NCBI RefSeq assembly: GCF_004010195.1
Contig: NC_057711.1
Coordinates: 82,004,724 to 82,024,723 of the forward strand
Source: Chiloscyllium plagiosum
Taxonomy: Eukaryota
Direction: 5' to 3'
DNA length: 20,000 nucleotides
The notes beneath the pieces are model-generated. The model saw nothing but the letters and a program-made list of their open reading frames with translations, was not told where the DNA came from and made no database searches. Every line of letters begins with the position of its first letter. The stretch's first letter is position 1. A program made the position numbers and the translations under genes. Below are positions 12,931 to 20,000 of this stretch, in pieces.

Positions 12931-14333
12931 AAACAAGAAGGTGGTGTGGGCACAAGTGGCTCACCTGGTCCCATCCAATCATGTGGTCTCATAACATTTT
13001 AATGCTGCTGGCCAATTAATGTCCAACCAATGGGACTCCAGGCAATTGCAGGCAGCGAAAGGGGTGACTGCACAGATTACAGTGCCCCACAAGGGGCTGT
13101 TTAATCCATTAAAGTCTGTTGTTTTAAGAGTAGAACAGTTTCTGGAGGTCAGCAATGAATATGAGTGCAAGGGAGAGCCTGAGGAGTGTGGAGCAGGCAC
13201 TGGCAGTCAGCTGGAGCCACAGGAGCTACATGACAGCCCCAGTCATCAAGAAGAACTTAAAAGCACGGGTCACTAAGATCAATTTTGAAGCACTACATGA
13301 CTTAAAGAAAGACGACCTAACACCCTGTCACCAGTGGCAGCGGCATTATCGTGGCTGGTCCCATTGTTTAATGATGACACCTGGTGTGCCCTTCTCCAGT
13401 CTGTAGGAAGCCTTGGATGGAGATAGCAGGGGAAGTCAGTAGTAATGGGTTCATTCATTCTGCCAAAACAAAATTAAACAAACTTTGATGTGCTGTTGCA
13501 AGAGTGAGTAAGAATCCTTTAGCTAAAAATGTGTTCACAACTATGAAATGTTGTGTATGTGCTATGAGTAAGCAGATCTCCACCAGGGGAGTGGATAAAT
13601 GGTCTCAAGATGCCCATCATCTAGGTCAGGGAGTCTTGGCATCCACTAAATCTCTGAGGGCTGGGATGTGATTCTTGGGAAGGGTAACTGTGAAGGAAGC
13701 AGTATTATGCCATGCAGTACAAAAGCAACAGAAAATCCTGTGGAATTCATACATCATCAAACTGCTATTACAGGAGAAAGAACCCACAATGTCCGTTAAA
13801 GACCAATGACAAGTGGAGTCATCTCAAACTTGGCACTGGCCTCAAGGAGAACATCTTGGATCTGGCTAGACAGAGTGTCAGGTCAGTTGGAAGAGGCAAC
13901 ATGGAGTTAGTATTGAGGATTGTGGATGTCCTGGTTACTCTCTCTTGGCAATGTGGTGGCAGTAATTGAATTAAACAGGGATGGGATGAGCTTTTGAGTT
14001 TCAATGGGAACAAATGTCTACTTCTGTGACAAGCTTTATATCTTACACATTTCTTTTGAAGATGCAATGATTTTTGTATAGTATTCATGCAATATTGAGT
14101 TGCATTCATGTGAGTTATTCCCTTAGCAATTCAGTTCACAGTCCCAACAGGTACTATTTCTAACATACAGGCATTGATCTCTCAAGAACAGATCAAGATC
14201 TCAGAGAATGCATCATTACATCCTTTCTACATATTTAGCACCAGCTCAGAGACTGGTACTTCAGTAAGTATACATGAATAATCAGACTGATAATACCAAT
14301 TACCAACAATTGCCAGAGTTGTCAGAGACTGTG

Positions 14334-14538
14334 AGGAGAAAGTGAGGTCTGCAGATGCTGGAGATCAGAGATGGAAATGTGTTGCTGGAAAAGCGCAGCA
14401 GGTCAGGCAGCATCTAGGGAACAGGAGAATCGACGTTTCGGGCATTCCTGAAGAAGGGCTAATGCCCGAAACGTCGATTCTCCTGTTCCCTAGATGCTGC
14501 CTGACCTGCTGCGCTTTTCCAGCAACACATTTCCATCA
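14334..14538. mobile_element. Young fold-back Penelope-like-derived short element (family 1) with a 15 bp TSD
   Basis: Perfect 77 bp inverted arms 14370-14446 / 14461-14537 with a 14 nt loop. Perfect TSD ttgtcagagactgtg (14319-14333 / 14539-14553). Confidence 0.92.
14444..14479 (+). ncRNA. Minimal type-I hammerhead ribozyme motif (predicted cleavage after GUC at 14475)
   Basis: CUGAAGA (14448-14454), an extra A, stem II GGGC/GCCC closing UAAU, GAAA (14468-14471), loopless palindromic stem III ACGU, then GUC. Stem I is weak (AUUC/GAUU with one U-U mismatch). Activity is not demonstrated. Confidence 0.7.
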
Positions 14539-15139
14539 TTGTCAGAGACTGTGGCAATCTAGACCTCTGATCTTCAGGGAATTGTCATAGACCAAGTAGT
14601 TGCAAAGCACCAGGCAGATGACAAGACTCTGGAGTCATCCTTAAGGCTGCTGATATTTAATGGTCAGCGAGAGGTGCATGAAGATCTATCAGAGATTCCT
14701 GAGGATGTATATATACAGTAGGAATGATAGTTGAGATGATACAGATCAAACAATCTCTCTCTCTTCTGAACATATGACCATCTCTATCGAGAGACTGGGA
14801 TCAGTAATAAAAAGCAAGACCTAGTAATACAATCAGTGATTCTGAGTGTGAACTATGTAAAGTAGCCAGTGAGATAGATAAAATAACTAGAATCTCAAAT
14901 TGCTCCTCATCTAACTCAGGTTAGCAAGAAGGGTCAACTGAACTCATGTTGATGGATGGGCAGCAACTGCCTCCTTCTCGGGACAGTGGCCCTAATTCCA
15001 ATCCCCTCTGCTGCTCCACCATACAAATAGTATGGGCATTATTAGGGAGGAGACAGAATCAAAACATTGGAAATTGCCTGCCTCCTGATTTCTGCCTCCA
15101 AAATTATATACCTGGCCCAATAGCGTCAAGAATCCTGGG

Positions 15140-15340
15140 TGTACTTTCAAAGACCAGTCTGAATTTGCTGTATCATCTTCAGAGACTTATTCATAAACGA
15201 TGGCCCTTCTCCTGTAGCCTCTTTAAAATTGGACCACCTATTCATGTTGTCTGTCCTCATTCCTGGTATCAAATTGTATCACTTCTCTGCATTGAAATTC
15301 ATCTAGCATGTCGTCCTAAAGTGTATTATCCTCCTCTCTG
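15140..15340 (-). mobile_element. Old CR1 reverse-transcriptase fragment
   Basis: The minus strand reads MNFNAEK (CR1 W.M.FN.EKC motif) at about 15281-15302. Confidence 0.55.
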
Positions 15341-15388
15341 TTAATTACATTTCTAAGATCCATCTCACCTACAGACTTTGAAAGTGCA

Positions 15389-16022
15389 CTAAATAGTGCG
15401 GTGAAGAAGGCATATGGCGTACTGGCTTTTATTGGTAGAGGAATTGAGTTCCGGAGTCCTGAGGTCATGTTGCAGTTGTATAAGACTCTGGTGCGGCCAC
15501 ATCTGGATTATTGTGTGCAGTTTTGGTCGCCATACTATAGGAAGGATGTGGAGGCACTGGAACAGGTGCAGAGGAGGTTTACCAGGATGTTGCCTGGTAT
15601 GGTAGGAAGATCGTATGAGGAAAGGCTGAGGCACTTGGGGTTGTTTTCATTGGAGAAAAGAAGGTTTAGGGGTGACTTGATAGAGGTGTACAAGATGATT
15701 AGGGGTTTAGATAGGGTTGACAGTGAGAATCTTTTTCCACGTATGGAGTCAGCTATTACAAGGGGGCATAGCTTTAAATTAAGGTGGGGTAGGTATAGGA
15801 CAGATGTTAGGGGTAGGTCCTTTACTCAGTGAGTCGTGAGTTCATGGAATGCCCTGCCAGTAGCAGTGGTGGACTCTCCCTCATTATGGGCATTTAAGCG
15901 GGCATTGGATAGGCATATGGAGGATAGTGGGCTAGTGTAGGTTGGTGGGCTTGGATCGGTGCAACATCGAGGGCCGAAGGGCCTGTACTGTGCTGTATTC
16001 TTCTATGTTCTATGTTCTATGT
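15389..16022 (+). mobile_element. Young 5'-truncated CR1/HER1 LINE (ORF2 C-terminus, 3' UTR, (ttctatg)n tail)
   Basis: ORF 15401-15832 reads KKAYGVLAFIGRGIEF..LYKTLVRPHLDYCVQFWSP..LEQVQRRFTRM..YEERL..LFSLEKRR.RGDLIEVYK, a typical CR1 ORF2 end. Premature stop at 15830-15832; tandem ttctatg tail. Confidence 0.96.
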
Positions 16023-16333
16023 ATGTCCAGGACTGAAATTTATAACTTTGGTGAGGTGAAGGAAGAAAGGGTTATAATGTTTGGATTGACCCCCCAGAAA
16101 GAAAGTCAACAGTTAGCCCAAAGGCCTAGAAAGAAGCCTGCACACAGCCATGGTGTGCTGTGGGTGGGATAAATTAGTATAAGGTGGGACTTCCATTCCT
16201 CAAGGGATCCAGTGAAGTCAAAGGCATTGGCTGACCTTTGGCAGGGTTTTAAAGTCCACGCAGGGAGGAAAGCCTGGAGGTTACAATTTTCCAGACGGGG
16301 AGATTGGCTGCTAGCCTATACAATGGACATTAT

Positions 16334-16402
16334 GACAAGTCTATTATCTGGTACTTCATCAAAAGCCTTTTGAAAGTCCATATACATAACATTAGCCACA
16401 TT
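16334..16402 (-). mobile_element. Old CR1 reverse-transcriptase fragment, probably the same element as 15140-15340
   Basis: The minus strand reads NVANVMYMDFQKAFDEVPDNRLV, matching the CR1 RT motif YxDFxKAFDxVPH. Confidence 0.8.
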
Positions 16403-16461
16403 TCAGCAACCCAAGTTCGAACGATTAATTTAAAAATAACCATGTACTTTCTCAAATTCTA

Positions 16462-16677
<216 letters not shown>

Positions 16678-16924
16678 TCATGCGATAATGAGCTCTGTAA
16701 TTTCAGGCATACCACTGCTGTGAACAAGAAAGCTCATTTATAAAAATGGGATGAAGGTGCAATGAAAAGGCAGCTTCAAAGCAGAGTGCATGTCAATAAA
16801 TAAAATATACATAACATTTACTTCTCATGATACTTACTGCATTAAAACATTTGAAACTTAAGCCTCATTTGGCAATGCAATTTTTGTGTTACTCCCTTGG
16901 TCTAATGGTACAACACTGAAATGA

Positions 16925-17057
16925 AAGCAAAATATTTAAATGCCAGAGATGTGAAATAAAAGCAGAAAGTGTTGGAGAAACTCAACAGATCGGGTAGCAC
17001 CTGTGGGGAGAAAAGCAGAGTTAACATTCTGAGTCCAATGACTCTTCTTCAGAACTG
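16925..17057 (-). mobile_element. Penelope-like terminal-repeat-derived element (family 3, related to family 1) with a decayed hammerhead motif
   Basis: Minus strand reads AGTT-CTGAAGA-A-GAGTC-ATTG-GACTC-AGAATGTT-AACT: stems I and II pair but GAAAC is mutated. The downstream caggtgctacccgatctgttg resembles family 1 gatgctgcctgacctgctg. Confidence 0.72.
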
Positions 17058-17067
17058 CAATCAATAT

Positions 17068-17284
17068 AAATGTAAAGTCACCGTAGTCCTACCAGATCAA
17101 AGGTCCGCTCTCTGATTAGAGAGGGATTACTGTGGTAGTTTAACTTGAGGGTCACAACGCCACAGGTGAGGGGAGAGGTTGAGAAGGAAAGTTCTTCATG
17201 GTAACCTCATTTGGTACACAAATTGAACCTGCACTGTTGGCATCACTTTGCATCGCAATCAGCTAACTGAGCTAACAAATCCCC
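17068..17284 (-). mobile_element. tRNA-derived SINE, different from HE1
   Basis: The minus strand begins gggg...ttagctcagttag (A box) and has ggttcaatt (B-box-like); about 215 bp long. Confidence 0.7.
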
Positions 17285-17404
17285 TATATTACATTCTGAT
17301 CTACTCTGAATTTAATAATTTTCATCAATGGTGATAGAGGTGAATCTTTTTTTAAGATGGTCAATCCAAAATGATTCAAAAGCTTGCTTTAATTAGCAAT
17401 AACT

Positions 17405-19767
17405 TTATATGCGTTCTCTTGTCTTCGTGGGGGAGAAAATAATGTATAGCATTACTATCCAGTGTTATACACATTCGCTTGTGGACCTATGTGACATAAA
17501 TGGGAAGAGGAAGAAGATCCTGCTGAAAGAATGTCCTAGCAGTTCCTTTACTTCTACCTCTCTTAATTTGGCATTAATGGAACTGAAGTGGGAGTTCAGT
17601 CACCCAGTTCACTTGCAGGCTCTAAATTTAAAATTCAGGATATTAAGGGAAATAATCTTGAGATAATTGCATGAGTCATGTGCTAAAATGAAGGTTTGAT
17701 GTGAGAAAGACTTGTTTTACTTGTTGGATTAGACCAATTCTGGGACAAGCAAGAGCTGTACCAATGGGATGAGACCCAAAGAACCAGGAAGAGAACCATA
17801 TCCTTGACAAAAATGGAGGTGGCTTTAAACTATTCTGCGGGAGAAATCAATGTACAAGATACACAAGCAGCCTAAATGTAAACACACAGTGTTAAATAGG
17901 AAAGAATAAGGGAGGAATTTTCATGGCAAGGGAATAAGTAAAGATACATAATGGGAATATCAGGAGATATTTTAATATGACATGAGAGGAACCCCTACCA
18001 AAACTGAGTTAAGATTTCAGTACAGCAATGCACACAATGCTCATAAGTAAACAGGGGAGGTGAAACAACTGATGGCAAAGAGGAACAAAACATAGCAAGG
18101 ATTACTGAGATGAGGATACAGAAAAAAAATCAGGACTTAACATTAAAAGGAAATATTTAGAAATTATAGAGAAATGGAAAGTTGTACTTATTCTGGTTAA
18201 CGTAACACCAATAGAACTCAGCTTTCAGAACTTTTTGAACAGAGATACATGATAGTAAAGGATCAATCAATCTAAAAGATCCAGTCTACAGACCATTGAG
18301 TTGTGGAGGGAGGTGGAGGAAGATATGTAAAAATTAGGGATTTGAGTAAAAAGCACCAAATAATAATCATGAGGATTTTAAATTCCCAAGTTTTAATTAG
18401 GCTGAAGAAGTACACAAAAAGAGATAAGAGAATGAAATTCCTACAATATGTACAGGATTCCTTTCTAACCCAGGACATGAAAAGCTCAAAAGTGAAAGTT
18501 TTACACTTGATTCTGATGGAGGAGTATTCAAGGAGACAGGAACTGTGGCTCAAATGTATTGTTAAAACTGGAATGCAGCTGTCAATGCAGAACAAGCAGA
18601 GTAGGAGTATTTGATAAAGCATAAGATGTTCCTTCTAGGATAAGGACAAATTCCTAATCTACTAAAGCTATGCTCAGTTGTGACAAGTAGTATCATTACT
18701 CTATGTGTCTCTGGAGTTCATTGAATAATCATGGAGCAGTAAAAACTATTAATCTGCGATTGGTAGAAACAAATGAACTACAATAACTGGATATGTATAA
18801 TAGTAACAAAGTGTAACTGATTGGAGGACCTTGTGCATCATCATCAGATATATTCAACACCCAATGCATATGTTTAAATAAACCGATGAAGAAATAACTT
18901 GTCTTGTCTGATCACTGCAAGTGAACTGGGTGACTGAACTCCCACTTCAGTTCCATTAATGCCAAATTAAAAGAGGTAGAAGTAAAGGAACTGCTAGGCA
19001 ATAGTGACCATAGTATGTTTTCAGATCATAATAGAGAAAGGCAAAAGTATGATGAAAATCAAGTTAGTAATTTAGAGAAATGTTGATTTTAAGGGATTTA
19101 GGATAGATCTTGGTGAAGTAAAATAGGGAGCTATACTGGCAAATAAAACTGCAAAGCAATGAGGGGAACATTTAAAGCAGTGTTCAACTGAGTGTGGGGA
19201 AATATATGTTTCACTAAAATGAAAGAACAACCTGAACCCTGATTATAGTCTATGGATAAACAGATCAATTAAAATGTTAGAGAATATGGAGTCATGGGAG
19301 AGGCGGCAAAATAAACCATTAGCAAGACAAAAGACAGAATGAGAACAACTGAAGGTCGGAAGTGGTTTTCAACAAGGAAAGGTTCAGGGACTACAATTGT
19401 TTGCAATTTACATTAACAATTTGGACTTTGGAATCAAAAACACAACTGTTCAATTTACAAGTAATTCTAAAGGGAGGAATATTCAATATTGAAGAAGTCC
19501 ACAGCAAATTGCAGGAATACATTAACAAAATTTATGAATGGGGAATAATTGGCAAATAAATTCATTTTAATAACAAGAAGAAAATCACTTTTTATTTAAA
19601 GATACTGGACTAGGTTGGGCAGAGGAACAAAGGAATCTCAGAATAGAAAGCCAGCAATCATTACATATTATGTTATATGTATTCAAGGTCATAGTTAGAG
19701 CAATGCAAGTATTAAGCGTTACTTCTGGAGGAATAGAATTGAAAAATTATAGCTAAAACTATATCAA
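17405..19767 (+). mobile_element. Old, internally deleted CR1 LINE: ORF1 SGNH/esterase remnant, ORF2 endonuclease and RT remnants
   Basis: Remnants occur in the expected order: LVFVGEKIM (GDS-like), DINGKRKKILLKE, QFWDKQELYQWD; then YSNAH, FLQYVQDSFLTQ, EVEVKELLGNSDHSM; then GFQQGKVQGLQLFAIYINNLDFGI and LKLYQT. An unrelated insert lies at about 18530-18960. Confidence 0.8.
17535..18998. repeat. 84 bp inverted repeat pair, 17535-17618 / 18915-18998
   Basis: 83 of 84 positions complementary by direct comparison. Confidence 0.97.
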
Positions 19768-20000
19768 ACTTGCAGGAAGTGCACCCATCTCCAGCTCCTC
19801 CAAGACCGTGTTAGGGAACTGGAGCTGGAGTTGGATGAACTTAGGATCATTCGGGAGGCAGAGGGGGTCATAGATCGGAGCTTTAGGGAAGTAGTAACTC
19901 CAAAGATGGCAGATAGATGGGTGACAGTGAGGGGGACTGGGAGGAAGCAGCCAGTGCAGGGACCCCCTGCGGCCGTTCCCCTCAAGAACAAGTATACCGT
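19768..20000 (+). mobile_element. Young CR1 LINE beginning within ORF1 (zinc-finger/leucine-zipper region), running off the window
   Basis: Open frame TCRKCTHLQLLQDRVRELELELDELRIIREAEGVIDRSFREVVTP...VPLKNKYT with an abrupt GC rise. It interrupts the older CR1 at LKLYQT. Confidence 0.88.

Noticed and set aside
14370..14537. MITE or pre-miRNA gene interpretation of the hairpin
   Set aside because: The inverted arms are not terminal (36 nt one-sided tail), the TSD is long and variable among copies, and a hammerhead motif is present. This fits Penelope-like origin better.
15401..15832. 143 aa ORF as a host gene
   Set aside because: It is a 5'-truncated CR1 ORF2 C-terminus with a premature stop.

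Overview
Eukaryotic, repeat-rich intronic DNA, most likely from a shark or other elasmobranch (inferred from HE1-type V-SINEs and HER1/CR1 LINEs). Three minus-strand coding exons that the ORF track misses (16493-16571, 10704-10801, 3525-3648) splice in frame into a FERM-domain segment best matching FRMD3. The introns hold nested mobile elements: old and young CR1 LINEs, tRNA-derived SINEs, a TA-flanked pogo/Tigger-like non-autonomous DNA transposon carrying a (GCGT)98 microsatellite and an assembly gap, and a decayed PIF/Harbinger Myb remnant. The most notable signal is six short non-coding elements, in two or three sequence families, each carrying a minimal hammerhead-ribozyme-like motif (CUGANGA-A-stem II-GAAA-palindrome-NUH) of the kind known from Penelope-like elements. 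Four are asymmetric fold-back hairpins with a roughly 33-39 nt unpaired tail, three of these have 13-16 bp target-site duplications, and one (14334-14538) has a perfect 77 bp stem and an intact core. There is also apparent gene conversion between neighbouring hairpin arms and a recent 84 bp inverted duplication inside an old CR1.
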